The translations under genes were made by a program, and so were the position numbers. A stretch of DNA of 64,000 nt, taken from contig JACKFZ010000001.1 of assembly GCA_020632215.1 (NCBI GenBank), positions 17,444 through 81,443 of the forward strand, in the 5' to 3' direction. Source of the stretch: Candidatus Nomurabacteria bacterium (GTDB taxonomy: Bacteria; Patescibacteriota; Minisyncoccia; Phycocordibacterales; JAACPR01). Below, piece after piece: positions 22,034-31,988 of the stretch. The notes under the pieces are model-generated. The model did not search any database, was not told the DNA's origin, and saw only the letters and a list, made by a program, of their open reading frames with translations. Positions within the stretch are counted from its first letter, which is position 1, and every line of letters begins with the position of its first letter.

Positions 22034-22845
22034 AGATGTATTTTATCAACTTTAATCTTTTCTCCAAAAAATAATCCCCCCAGTTTTTCAAAAGAGTCTG
22101 TTAAGTCAGTGGTGAAAAAAAGTCTGGAACTATTTTTTGAAAGTTTATTACTAAACTCTGCATGTTTAGATAGGTAGTCTTTGAGTTTTTCTGCTACCAC
22201 AGGACCTTCACTAACAATCATTATTTTTTTGCCAGATTTATCTAAAATATCTTTAATTTCTTTTTCCAATAATCCATAATGAGTACAGCCCAGTATAAGA
22301 GTATCTATGTTTTGGTCTATTAGAGGATTTAAGTAATTTGATAAAACTTTATTGATAATTTCTATGTCATTTTCACCAGCTTCAACTATCGGCACTAGTA
22401 AGGGGCAAGCATTTTGAAAGATATTAGTGTTTGTATCTAATTTTTTTATTTCTCTTGGAAATGTCTCTGATTGTACACTACTCGAAGTGGCAATGATTCC
22501 TATGTTTTTATTCTTACTTATTTCTACTGCTTTTTCACAAGCTGGTATGATGACACCTAAAACGTTTTTATCAGAATAGGTCTGTGGCAAACACTCTTTT
22601 TGTATTTTTGACAAAGCTTCTGCTGAGGCAGTATTACATGCCAGGATAATTAGAGAACAATCTTGCTTAAATAAAAAATCAACAGCTTCTTTGGTGTATT
22701 CTAAAATGGTTTCTTGTGATCTGGTGCCGTAAGGGGTGCGAGCTGTATCTCCTAGATAGACATAATCATACTGTGGCATTGTCTGAACAATGCTTTTCAT
22801 AATATTGAGCCCACCAAAACCAGAGTCGAAAATGCCTATTTTCAT
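22030..22845 (-). CDS. murI: glutamate racemase
   Basis: IGIFDSGFGGL, ILACNTAS and LGCTHYGLL motifs. Confidence 0.9.
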   Translation of the reverse strand: MKIGIFDSGFGGLNIMKSIVQTMPQYDYVYLGDTARTPYGTRSQETILEYTKEAVDFLFKQDCSLIILACNTASAEALSKIQKECLPQTYSDKNVLGVIIPACEKAVEISKNKNIGIIATSSSVQSETFPREIKKLDTNTNIFQNACPLLVPIVEAGENDIEIINKVLSNYLNPLIDQNIDTLILGCTHYGLLEKEIKDILDKSGKKIMIVSEGPVVAEKLKDYLSKHAEFSNKLSKNSSRLFFTTDLTDSFEKLGGLFFGEKIKVDKIHL

Positions 22846-23061
22846 GCGGTAGAGTATAGCAGAATAATGTGAAATATGAATGAAGAAAATCAGGGTTATT
22901 TTAGGAATTATTTAATAATGTTTGAATATTATTTATAAGTTTCTTTAGAAGAGATTTTTTATAATAAAAAGTGTGGTGCCCAGGTAAAACGCGGCGCAGC
23001 CCACCCCGGGCTTGATCCAGGGGCGGGAATTGTTCAATAATATTTTGATAAATTTGTTAAA

Positions 23062-23098
23062 AAATAAAAACCCCGCCGCGTTTGACGCGGCGGGGTTG
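23062..23098 (-). terminator. rho-independent terminator of csp
   Basis: Perfect palindrome ccccgccgcgtttgacgcggcgggg, followed on the minus strand by ttttatttttt. Confidence 0.75.
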
Positions 23099-23103
23099 AA
23101 AGA

Positions 23104-23310
23104 TTAGATCTTGCTGATTTTGACAGCTTGAGGACCTTTTTGTCCATCAGCGATTTCAAAATTTACTTGATCACCTTCTTTTAGGTCATCAAAAGAAACA
23201 TTTTGAAGTTCGTTTGCATGGAAGAAAAGTTCCTTCTCTTGTCCTTCTGCTTTGATGAAGCCATAACCTTTTGGCATCACTTTCGCAATAGTACCTGTTA
23301 CCATTTTCAA
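23104..23310 (-). CDS. csp: cold-shock protein (CspA family)
   Basis: GTIAKVMPKGYGFIKAEGQEKELFFHANEL contains RNP1-like KGYGFI and RNP2-like LFFHA. 68 aa. Confidence 0.9.
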   Translation of the reverse strand: MKMVTGTIAKVMPKGYGFIKAEGQEKELFFHANELQNVSFDDLKEGDQVNFEIADGQKGPQAVKISKI

Positions 23311-23424
23311 AAAACTAAATCTAATAAAACCTCAAACTCTCTACTGCAGAACCTAATCGACTTAGCTTCCTTGACTCAGTACAAGTCTTGATTGTTTGAA
23401 ATTTATCACATCTTATAAAAAAAG

Positions 23425-24300
23425 TCAATCAAAGAAATTTACTAAATATTCATCCAATTCTCTTTGGGTCAGATCGTAGAAATCTTTATCCTTTCTGTGT
23501 AAATCTTTTGCTAAATCTGTGCCAACAAATCTCCAATGCCACGGTTCAAAAACGTAATAGTCATTACCTTTGGGATATGAAAGAATGAATCCATATTTAT
23601 AGGCATTGTCCAATAACCATTGGTAAGCCTCAGTAGATTCTATTTGTGTGTATCCAGAACCCAGTTCTTTTGTTGACAAATCAACTGTTGTTCCAAGTTG
23701 ATGTTCCGAATATCCTTGATCAGCAGAAAAAGTATTAGCTCCAGACCCGTAAGTCACAGTGTAGCTATTTTTAAGAGAAGCCTGTTCAAAGAATGATCTG
23801 TAAGCCGATACTACAAGTAGGTTGATGTTGTCATCTTTCGCATCTTTTAACATATTTTTCAAATGAGACCAAATATCCGCATGTATTTGATAGAGACGAT
23901 TTTGATCATAAACAAAATCTTCATCTATTCTTGTTAATCTGGCAGGAACATAATTTTCATTTAAAAAATAAACTTTTGAATATTTTTGTAAAAGTTCAGG
24001 ATCTGTTTTGCTCAATTTGTCTAGAACACCAACTGTACTTGCGATGTCACTTATTTGATTTTCAAAATCATCGTTTCTTCTTTTCTCAGTATCTAAAGCC
24101 TCAATTAAATTAGTATTGTCATTCTGGACAGAAGCTAGAGATTCTGTTGTGGAAGCTAGATCATTTTTGAGCTGAGTAATCTGATCTGCCTTGTCTTTAT
24201 TTTTGCTACTTAAATCAAAAAATTGCCAGAGACCAAGTAGAGAAATTATTAGTAATACAATAGTTATGATTTGTTGATATTTAATATGAAAATCTCGCAT
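23425..24300 (-). CDS. D-alanyl-D-alanine carboxypeptidase, VanY/M15B family
   Basis: SAYRSFFEQ, SEHQLGTTVDL and EPWHWRFVG zinc-peptidase motifs. N-terminal TM helix plus coiled coil. Confidence 0.8.
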   Translation of the reverse strand: MRDFHIKYQQIITIVLLIISLLGLWQFFDLSSKNKDKADQITQLKNDLASTTESLASVQNDNTNLIEALDTEKRRNDDFENQISDIASTVGVLDKLSKTDPELLQKYSKVYFLNENYVPARLTRIDEDFVYDQNRLYQIHADIWSHLKNMLKDAKDDNINLLVVSAYRSFFEQASLKNSYTVTYGSGANTFSADQGYSEHQLGTTVDLSTKELGSGYTQIESTEAYQWLLDNAYKYGFILSYPKGNDYYVFEPWHWRFVGTDLAKDLHRKDKDFYDLTQRELDEYLVNFFD

Positions 24301-24318
24301 TGAAAGATTTTAACATAA

Positions 24319-24957
24319 CTAATCGACTTGTGGTGGTCTCCAGAATATTCGTTCTGGCAAGGCTTGTTGCTTTTTATTAATTAGATGTTTAGCAAACTTT
24401 TTGCCTCGTTTATGGCATATATTTAAAATTCTCTGATTTTCAAAAGCTCTAACATTTCCAGTGTAAAGAGCTCCCATACAATCTGCACCGTAATATAGGA
24501 AAACACTTCTAAGCCAAAATGGAGGAAAAGCAAAGAATAAAATCTTTTGTGCCCAAGATGGTGTGCCGCCGGAGACTATGTAGTAAGTTTTTAAATAATC
24601 TAACATGCCTTTTGGTTGATTCAGTATTGTTTGATTATCAAAATCTAAAGCAAAAAATCTAATACGGTCTATAAAATTTTTTAGATGAGCAGGGACACCA
24701 AAGTTGTAAGTTGGGGTGGCAATGACTAGTCCATCAGCCCCCATTATTTTGTCAGTTAAATTTCTAAAAGCAGATTCGTTGCTTTCGGGCCCCAATCTAT
24801 TTTCAAATCTATATAATTTTATCGGAACATCTTCTAGATAAATTTTTTCTATTTCCAAATCTTTGCTGTATTCTCGCATCCCAGAAATAAAATTATCCAG
24901 CATGGTATCTGAATTTCTTTTTCTCGATGGAGAACAGGATAGAGTTATAACTTTCAT
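24319..24957 (-). CDS. NAD(P)H-dependent FMN reductase/flavodoxin-like oxidoreductase
   Basis: MKVITLSCSPSRKRNS...GLVIATPTYNFGVPAHLKNFIDR fits the NADPH-dependent FMN reductase fold signature. Confidence 0.6.
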   Translation of the reverse strand: MKVITLSCSPSRKRNSDTMLDNFISGMREYSKDLEIEKIYLEDVPIKLYRFENRLGPESNESAFRNLTDKIMGADGLVIATPTYNFGVPAHLKNFIDRIRFFALDFDNQTILNQPKGMLDYLKTYYIVSGGTPSWAQKILFFAFPPFWLRSVFLYYGADCMGALYTGNVRAFENQRILNICHKRGKKFAKHLINKKQQALPERIFWRPPQVD

Positions 24958-25012
24958 AAGGAGAATTATATCAAAATAAAATTCTTTTTTTATTTTTTAT
25001 TTATTTTTAAAA

Positions 25013-25125
25013 GACTCATTGCTCCCACCCTTGTTTGGGTGGGGGAACCACTTAGCCACTCCCGAACCAGAACTTTGTTCGGTTCGGGACTAATCCAGAA
25101 CTAAGCTTCGCTTTAGTTCTGGGCA
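25013..25125 (+). ncRNA. candidate small structured RNA (three GC-rich stem-loops, the last with a U-tail)
   Basis: Three hairpins: tcccaccc/gggtggga, cccgaacc/ggttcggg and ccagaactaa/ttagttctgg, then gcaattttt. The element lies in a divergent-promoter intergenic region and is GC-rich against an AT-rich background. Confidence 0.25.
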
Positions 25126-25293
25126 ATTTTTATTATAGAAAATATCTTCTAAAGAAACTTATAAAAAATTCTAAAATCAAAATAAAAAAGTCTTAAAATA
25201 TAGACCATTCGATTAATAAAGATTTTAGGGCTATTTTACTAGAAATTTATCAGTTTTATGGTTAGGGCTTAATCATTTTGGTATATTGTTCTC

Positions 25294-25920
25294 ATGAAAA
25301 AGGTAATTTTATTTGATTTTGATGGGGTGATTGCTGACACTTTCAGGATGATACACTCTCTAAATAAGGACTATCATAAATTGAGTGAAGATAAGTATCG
25401 AGAACTTTTTAAGAGCAATATCTTTACAGAAACTAAAAGAATTTTGAATCATCAAACTGAGGAAGATGCTAAAAGACATCATGACGAGTGGTTTGAAAAA
25501 TATACTCCCGCACTCTTGAAGCAAGGTATATTCGTCGGTATGCCAGAAGCTATCGAGGAATTGAGTGAGGATTTCGATATGGTAATCATCTCTTCTTGCG
25601 AATCTTCTGCCATCAGACAATTTTTGGAAAAACATAATTTACTATCTTATTTTTCTGACATTTTGGGTTCTGATGTTCATTTTGATAAATCAGAAAAAAT
25701 ACAAATGGTTTTTGATAAATACGATTACAAGAACACAGATTGTATTTTTGTCACAGATACGGTGGGTGATATTTTAGAGGCAAAAGAAAAAGAAGTGCCT
25801 TCGTTGGTTGTTACGTGGGGTTACCATCGTAAAGAGCACTTCCTTAATTATGATTTTATTTCTTTTGTTGAAAGTCCAGGAGAACTTCCAAAATTAGTAC
25901 GAGATTATTTTAAAGACTAG
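25294..25920 (+). CDS. HAD-IA family hydrolase (phosphatase)
   Basis: ILFDFDGVIADT motif I, a downstream motif II Ser/Thr, and a GD-containing motif IV region. Confidence 0.7.
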   Translation: MKKVILFDFDGVIADTFRMIHSLNKDYHKLSEDKYRELFKSNIFTETKRILNHQTEEDAKRHHDEWFEKYTPALLKQGIFVGMPEAIEELSEDFDMVIISSCESSAIRQFLEKHNLLSYFSDILGSDVHFDKSEKIQMVFDKYDYKNTDCIFVTDTVGDILEAKEKEVPSLVVTWGYHRKEHFLNYDFISFVESPGELPKLVRDYFKD

Positions 25921-26738
25921 AATTCATCTTCCAAATCATCGTATGCATCCTCGGCAGTTTCTCTGGCTTCTTTGGCAAGGTCATAAGCTTCATCATAATC
26001 ACTGTCATCATATGCATCATATGCATCATCTAGGAGATCTTCTGCATCGTCTAATTCGTCTTCTGCATCATTGATTGCGCTGTTCCTAACACCATCGTCA
26101 TCAGCATCGTCAATGAGATCTTCCAAATCATTAATAGCATCTTCCGCATCATTTAATTCATCTCTAGCATCTTCCTTATCATTGTTTCTGTTACCCATAG
26201 CATCGTCTAAATCATCGTATGCATCTTCCGCTATGTCTTTTGCTTCTTGAGCTAAGTCAGAAGCTTCAAAATAGTCTCCATCATCATATGCATCTTCTGC
26301 ATCATCGAGAAGATCCTCCACATCATCTCTGTCATTTTTTGCCCTTTTTAATTCACTACTACTGACATCACTGTCATCTTTAGCATCATCTATGAGTTCT
26401 TCCAATTCGTCCAAAGCATCATAAGCATCATCCAGATCATCTTCGGCGTCTGAACGATTTCCATAGCCATAGTTATAGTAAGTGTTTCCAGAAGAATAAT
26501 ATCCGTATGATCCAGAAAGAGCAGAGATCTGATTTCTAAGATTTTGAATTAGGTTTAATATGTCTCCAATAGACATCTGAACATATGATCCGTTGCTTAG
26601 CTGAATAGCAAACGTGCTATTTGTATTGTATGGGTTGTAAGCAGGGATATAGCTTTGGGCTTCTGCTTGTGATGGGGCAGAAACAGTCAAAACTATTGCC
26701 AAAACAAACATTATTGGAAGTATTTTGATGTATTTCAT
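25917..26738 (-). CDS. secreted poly-acidic (Asp/Glu-rich) tandem-repeat protein
   Basis: Signal peptide MKYIKILPIMFVLAIVLTVSAPSQA, then two ~40-aa internal repeats (EDLLDDAEDAYDD.DY.EA.DLA.EA...AEDAYDDL.D) and further D/E repeats. Start taken at the internal ATG at 26738. Confidence 0.6.
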   Translation of the reverse strand: MKYIKILPIMFVLAIVLTVSAPSQAEAQSYIPAYNPYNTNSTFAIQLSNGSYVQMSIGDILNLIQNLRNQISALSGSYGYYSSGNTYYNYGYGNRSDAEDDLDDAYDALDELEELIDDAKDDSDVSSSELKRAKNDRDDVEDLLDDAEDAYDDGDYFEASDLAQEAKDIAEDAYDDLDDAMGNRNNDKEDARDELNDAEDAINDLEDLIDDADDDGVRNSAINDAEDELDDAEDLLDDAYDAYDDSDYDEAYDLAKEARETAEDAYDDLEDEF

Positions 26739-26881
26739 GTTTTTATAAATTAATAATAATACCTCTTTATGTGGCCACATTACAATATTTTTCCTTGTAT
26801 TTCAAGGGTTATTTGACCTAGCTTTTACAAGCAAAAATAGTATGGTAGTTTTATCTATATTATTATTTAATAAAAATTACT

Positions 26882-27631
26882 ATGCCGACTACTTTAAGTA
26901 TTATCATCATAGTTGTAATTCTGATTAGTATTAAACAGATTAATCAATATCAGAGAGGGGTAAAACTTACTTTTGGAAAATTTACATCTGTGATGGAGCC
27001 AGGTTGGAGAATCGTTTGGCCAATTGTCCAAAGCTATCAAAAAGTTGATGTTAGAGTAAAAGCTGTAGATGTGCCAGATCAAAATGCTATTACCAAAGAC
27101 AATGTTTCAGTCAGAGTAAATGCAGTTATCTACTATAAAGTCAGTGACGCAAGCAAAGCTATTTTAGAAGTTGAAGATTTTAGATATGCTATTTCTCAAT
27201 ACGCTCAAACAACAATGAGAAATATTGTTGGTGAAGTTACGCTCGATGAGCTTCTTTCAAGTCGAGATAAAATTGCAGACAGAATTAGAGAAATTGTTGA
27301 TAGGGAGACCGACGAATGGGGACTAAAAGTGCAAAATGTTGAATTGAAAGATGTTAGTTTGCCAGCCGACCTAGAACGAACTATCGGAAAACAAGCTGAA
27401 GCAGAAAGAGAAAAAAGAGCAGTTATTATAAACTCCGAAGGAGAACTTGCGGCATCAGAAAATATTGCAAAAGCAGCAAAAATGCTTGCTGAAACTCCCG
27501 GCGCTCTACACCTTAGAACTTTGCAATCAGTCAATGATATGTCTTCAGATCAAAGTAATACTGTTGTTTATATGCTCCCAGTAGAAGCTCTAAGAGCATT
27601 AGAAGGATTTTCAAAATCAAAAGGTGAATGA
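26882..27631 (+). CDS. SPFH/band-7 (stomatin/prohibitin-like) membrane protein
   Basis: N-terminal TM helix, the NVSVRVNAVIYYKV SPFH core, and a C-terminal coiled coil. Confidence 0.85.
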   Translation: MPTTLSIIIIVVILISIKQINQYQRGVKLTFGKFTSVMEPGWRIVWPIVQSYQKVDVRVKAVDVPDQNAITKDNVSVRVNAVIYYKVSDASKAILEVEDFRYAISQYAQTTMRNIVGEVTLDELLSSRDKIADRIREIVDRETDEWGLKVQNVELKDVSLPADLERTIGKQAEAEREKRAVIINSEGELAASENIAKAAKMLAETPGALHLRTLQSVNDMSSDQSNTVVYMLPVEALRALEGFSKSKGE

Positions 27632-27829
27632 TTTTTTAAAATTAATCTCAAAATCCTTTAATGATCCAGTTCAAAGATGCTACTGGTATAAAAGCTAGTA
27701 TTATTGCGTAAGGCATAAATCTTGAGTCTGGGTCAGCTTGGGATATCAGATATATCCAAAAAGCAATCCAGCATATCGATACAACCCAAAATGTTCTTTT
27801 TGAACCTCTTTTGAAATTAAGCATATTCT

Positions 27830-28129
27830 TTAGAAGCGCATTGGCACAGTAGGTAGGTTTACTGATGCAGGTATGAATTGTCCCTCTCCGTAGCTAGAAG
27901 CACTTTGTACAAATACTGTGTCTAGTAATCCGAAGAAGTGAAGTAGGGTTTTTTCGAATGCTTCGAAAACATCTGGCATCAAGAGACCTAATATAATAAT
28001 CATCATTCCCAATGCTATCGCTCTTAAAATACTCATAAGATTTGTATTAAGAGGGAAGTATTGAGATTCTTTCGACTTAGAATTCTTGACTTGTAATGTG
28101 TCAGAACACCTCCCTCCTGCTAAATCCAA
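27830..28129 (-). CDS. hypothetical protein
   Basis: 99-aa ORF with one hydrophobic helix. No motifs. Confidence 0.25.
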   Translation of the reverse strand: MDLAGGRCSDTLQVKNSKSKESQYFPLNTNLMSILRAIALGMMIIILGLLMPDVFEAFEKTLLHFFGLLDTVFVQSASSYGEGQFIPASVNLPTVPMRF

Positions 28130-28271
28130 TGAGAGTTATATTGAAGTTAGATACAGCAGAAGAGAGATCTGACAAAGATGTTTTATCAAAGATCTATCCT
28201 ATACTGATATTGCAATACAATATATCATATATGATATATATTTGTCAATAGGTATTATTTATATTTAAAAT

Positions 28272-28493
28272 TTATTTTTTCAAATATCTACCAGCAATAC
28301 TGAGCGCAAATGACGGCAATATAATGAACACCGTTGTGAACAGAAGTTTTATTAATGTTTCATCTAGTCTTGTGTCTGGAGTATCAGGTCCAGATGCTGT
28401 TAGAACAATACATATACCAATAATTCCAAAAGCAATTGATGAATAAACGAAAATGTTTGTGGCTATTTTTTGCATATGTATATAATTTATCAT
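28272..28493 (-). CDS. hypothetical small membrane protein
   Basis: 73 aa with two TM helices. Confidence 0.3.
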   Translation of the reverse strand: MINYIHMQKIATNIFVYSSIAFGIIGICIVLTASGPDTPDTRLDETLIKLLFTTVFIILPSFALSIAGRYLKK

Positions 28494-28581
28494 ATAAGTT
28501 ATCAGTTTGCTTTCTCTGACAGATTTAACAATTAATTAGGCTATGTTATAATTTTGACCTGTTTAATTAACTTTCTGATAC

Positions 28582-29238
28582 ATGACACATTTGATAGTAG
28601 GAATGGGAGAAATAGGGCAAAGTTTGATGCCTTTTTTTAATTGCTCTGGTATTGATAAGGGTGAAGTGGTACCTAAAGCCGATATAATGCATGTCTGCTT
28701 TCCTTATTCAGATAAATTTGTAGATTATGTCAAAGAGTATCAGGAAAAGTCTGGTGCTAATCTGATAATTATTCATTCAACTTTGCCGGTTGGTACAACT
28801 AGTAAGCTAGGACCTAGCGCCGTTCATAGTCCGGTGCGAGGGAAACATCCTAATCTGACAGAGAGTATAAGGACTTTTAAGAAATTTTTTGGTGGACCAA
28901 GAGCAAAAGAAGCTGCCAAAATTTTTAGTGATTTAGGTGTTTCTGTTGTCATAAGTGATAAAGCAGAAAATGTTGAAGCGATGAAACTGTGGGATACTGA
29001 GGTTTATAGGGAAGCGGTTTTGTTAAACAAAAAAATATATAAGTATTGCCAAGACAACAATTTGGATTTCGACATTGTCTATACTCAATCTAATGAAAGT
29101 TATAACGAGGGTTATGAAAAAATGGGCAATCCAGAGTATAAAAAATATATTTTAAAATACATAGAAGGTCCTATTGGTGGTCATTGTTTAGAACCAAATC
29201 ATATCCTACTTACAAAGGAGGAAGAATCACAACCCTAG
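28582..29238 (+). CDS. nucleotide-sugar dehydrogenase-like protein (UDP-glucose/GDP-mannose dehydrogenase family, C-terminally truncated)
   Basis: IVGMGEIGQSL Rossmann GxGxxG, a central helical region, and a GGHCLEP motif resembling the catalytic GGSCFPKD. It is only 218 aa and lacks the C-terminal UDP-binding domain. Confidence 0.4.
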   Translation: MTHLIVGMGEIGQSLMPFFNCSGIDKGEVVPKADIMHVCFPYSDKFVDYVKEYQEKSGANLIIIHSTLPVGTTSKLGPSAVHSPVRGKHPNLTESIRTFKKFFGGPRAKEAAKIFSDLGVSVVISDKAENVEAMKLWDTEVYREAVLLNKKIYKYCQDNNLDFDIVYTQSNESYNEGYEKMGNPEYKKYILKYIEGPIGGHCLEPNHILLTKEEESQP

Positions 29239-30081
29239 ATTTTTTTCTATAGATTGAAATTCAAAATCATCAAATAGTCTTTCAAATTTTCTGAAGCTTT
29301 TCTTGGTTCCCCAGTATTTTACTATTCTCTTTAGGATTGGTCCTCTATTGATTTTTGGTGTAGAACTTTCTAGTTCGTGAGGGTGAAAGTATATAATAGG
29401 TGCTGTTGTTTTTCTAGATTCTTTTTTCAAGAAATACTTGAAAATGAATAAAGGTAATATTCTGAAATAGATTCCGCCTGCATAAGGAATTCTTATACTA
29501 AAGAGGGATGATGTCGAGATGGGAATCTCCAGTAAACCATCACTACTCTTTTCTATTATATTTTCATTTACATAATAATTTTCTCGTGGCGCTTTGGAGT
29601 GTCCATATTGGTTAGTAATAGAAATTGGGAAAATGCTAGAGTCGTACTTATAATCTAATTCTTTCAAGACTTGTATAATCCAGCTACTTTTTTTGTTGAG
29701 AGAAAAATGAGGAGCCCTGAAACCCTGAGGAAGGCTTCCGGTAATTTCTTTTATTCTCTTGGTATGTTCAATAAGTTTTTCTCTGTATTGTATTGGATTA
29801 GCCTGGTGGAGTTTTTGATGATCTATGCCGTGTGATGATACTTCATGTCCAGCATCTTTAATTTTTTTTATATAATTTGGATAGCTATCGACGACTAGAC
29901 TGGTCACAAAAAAGGTAGCAGAAGCCTTTCTTTGTTGGAGTAGGTTTAATATTTTATCCATAGATTTTTCAAATGAAATGTCATTTTTAGATATATAATC
30001 TATAAAAGGTTGTTGCCACTTACCTTCGTGCCAAAGCTCAACATCAAAAGTTAATATAACCTTACTCTTTTTCGAATACAT
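29227..30081 (-). CDS. polysaccharide deacetylase (NodB/CE4) family protein
   Basis: LTFDVELW, ATFFVT and VSSHGIDH NodB-homology motifs. Confidence 0.7.
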   Translation of the reverse strand: MYSKKSKVILTFDVELWHEGKWQQPFIDYISKNDISFEKSMDKILNLLQQRKASATFFVTSLVVDSYPNYIKKIKDAGHEVSSHGIDHQKLHQANPIQYREKLIEHTKRIKEITGSLPQGFRAPHFSLNKKSSWIIQVLKELDYKYDSSIFPISITNQYGHSKAPRENYYVNENIIEKSSDGLLEIPISTSSLFSIRIPYAGGIYFRILPLFIFKYFLKKESRKTTAPIIYFHPHELESSTPKINRGPILKRIVKYWGTKKSFRKFERLFDDFEFQSIEKNLGL

Positions 30082-30469
30082 AATATTTGTTTAATAAAAA
30101 TCTAACACTTCCTAATACCAGGGTGTTTCCAATAGTAGCTAAAATGTAGTGTAGATGAGCGATTTCTGTGAATACAAAAAACATTCCATTGTTACTAAAC
30201 CATGAGAATATAAGGATTTGTATGAATCTAAACAATCTTTTTTTCGAGTGGTCTGTTTTAAATACATATTTCGTATAACTTAAATAGGCTCCCGCGTATA
30301 TTAAAGTCAGAATTGTGGCGTAGGATATTTTTTCATTCAAACCTAACAGATTTACTGTGAGGAACATAAATACAATGATAATAACTTGGCTGAGAATCAT
30401 CGTTACGCCATATTTCCATAGTTGATGTACCAACTCTATTATTTTTTCTTTGCTAATATAATGATCCAC
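30062..30469 (-). CDS. GtrA-family membrane protein
   Basis: 135 aa, 4 TM helices, and a C-terminal KYYVFE typical of GtrA-like proteins. Confidence 0.55.
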   Translation of the reverse strand: MDHYISKEKIIELVHQLWKYGVTMILSQVIIIVFMFLTVNLLGLNEKISYATILTLIYAGAYLSYTKYVFKTDHSKKRLFRFIQILIFSWFSNNGMFFVFTEIAHLHYILATIGNTLVLGSVRFLLNKYYVFEKE

Positions 30470-31035
30470 GGTAATGAAGAAGTAGCTTTTATAACATCAA
30501 ATTTCCTAGATACAAAGTCTACCATTTTTTTCTTTGACCAATGATTGAGGTGACCTGGGGTATTGCCAAAATCTTTTAGATAAGTAAATCGAGCCATGTT
30601 TAGCATTCTCCAAAGAGGTTCATTTGGGACTGAAACGACTACATACTTTTTGGTTATGCGTTCTAGTTCTGCTAAAGCTTCGTCTGGGCTTTCGAGGTGT
30701 TCTAGAACTTCTAGGCAAAATACTAAATCAAAAGAACTATTGTCATGTTCTAATTGATATATTGATTCTGTACCAAACTCAACATTGCTAGTTTTTTCTC
30801 TAGCTAACTTTACTAATTCCGGATCAACATCAGAGGCAAAAAAACTAACACCTGAATCAAAGAAATTTACCAGCTCTTTGGTTGAATATCCAGCTCCACA
30901 ACCTATCTCTGCTACTGAGGAAATCTCATTTGGCAAAATACTCTGTATTTTGGCAAAGAATTTTTTTAAAAGTATTTGCCCCATGAAACCAGACTTTTTA
31001 TACTTATCCGTAAATTGAGTAATCCTATTGTTCAT
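30439..31035 (-). CDS. class I SAM-dependent methyltransferase
   Basis: VAEIGCGAGYST motif I, with DV and LEVLEHL post-I/II motifs. Confidence 0.7.
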   Translation of the reverse strand: MNNRITQFTDKYKKSGFMGQILLKKFFAKIQSILPNEISSVAEIGCGAGYSTKELVNFFDSGVSFFASDVDPELVKLAREKTSNVEFGTESIYQLEHDNSSFDLVFCLEVLEHLESPDEALAELERITKKYVVVSVPNEPLWRMLNMARFTYLKDFGNTPGHLNHWSKKKMVDFVSRKFDVIKATSSLPWIIILAKKK

Positions 31036-31988
31036 GATCTATTTCTTCTTAGATAATAAATTGCTTTTTCTATACTGAGCTGAATTCTACTAATGATTTC
31101 TAAAATTATTCCACTTACCAATGAAGCCATGCTGACTACTAATACCACTATAGCCGAAATAGCTATTCCTTTATATGGAGTAATTAAATCTGTTCTAATA
31201 TATCTAATTCCCAAAGTGACAACTATGGGAAACGAAATCAAAAAAGTAATTAGTGAAAAAGTACCGAAGAGCCTCATCGGTTTGTAGTGGACAACAGAAC
31301 GAGTAATGATTTTCAAAGTTTGCCAGCCATATCTAAATAGGTTTGAAGCGATTCTAGACTTCCTTTCTTTAAAGTATTGGACTGAAATAGGAATTTCTTT
31401 AATCCTAATCTTCTTAACACCTAGGTTGAGAAAAACTTCTTGAGTATATGTGAAATTATGAAATACATTTAGATTCAGAATAGCTTCCTTGTTATATACT
31501 CTAAATCCGCAAGAAACATCGTAGAATTTTTCTTTTAAAATCGAACTAATCAATTTTGACATCATTCTGTTTCCAATTTTCTTCACCTCTGGGATACCTA
31601 CTAGTTTTGAATTACTTAAAAATCTAGAACCTGTGACGAAATCTGCTTCATTTTCTAAAATAGGATTGAGCATTGCTGGTATATCCTCTGTATCAAATTG
31701 ATTATCACCATCAATGGTAATCATGATGTCATGATCATGTCGAACCGCATATTCTATAGCTTCACTAAAAACATAACCAAGTCCCTGACTTCTATGATGG
31801 ACAATGACATCAGCTCTTGCACTTTTTGCTAGTTCAACAGTATCATCAGTTGAGCCATCACTGACGACTAGAACATCAGCAGTAATGCCAGTATGATTTA
31901 AAACTTGCTGACGACAAGAATTAATTACTTCAGTAATAGTTTGAGCTTCATTTTTAGCTGGTATGGATATTAGTATTTTTTGAGACAT
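31032..31988 (-). CDS. family-2 glycosyltransferase (GtrB/DPM1-like) with C-terminal TM helices
   Basis: ISIPAKNEAQTI and VVSDGSTDDT (DxD region), plus a C-terminal membrane anchor. Confidence 0.85.
   Translation of the reverse strand: MSQKILISIPAKNEAQTITEVINSCRQQVLNHTGITADVLVVSDGSTDDTVELAKSARADVIVHHRSQGLGYVFSEAIEYAVRHDHDIMITIDGDNQFDTEDIPAMLNPILENEADFVTGSRFLSNSKLVGIPEVKKIGNRMMSKLISSILKEKFYDVSCGFRVYNKEAILNLNVFHNFTYTQEVFLNLGVKKIRIKEIPISVQYFKERKSRIASNLFRYGWQTLKIITRSVVHYKPMRLFGTFSLITFLISFPIVVTLGIRYIRTDLITPYKGIAISAIVVLVVSMASLVSGIILEIISRIQLSIEKAIYYLRRNRS

Noticed and set aside
27649-27823. 58-aa minus-strand micro-ORF (MLNFKRGSKRTFWVVSICWIAFWIYLISQ...) between the SPFH gene and the 27830 ORF
   Set aside because: It is plausible as a tiny membrane protein, but there are no supporting signals and it may be part of a frameshifted neighbour. 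Not called as a feature.
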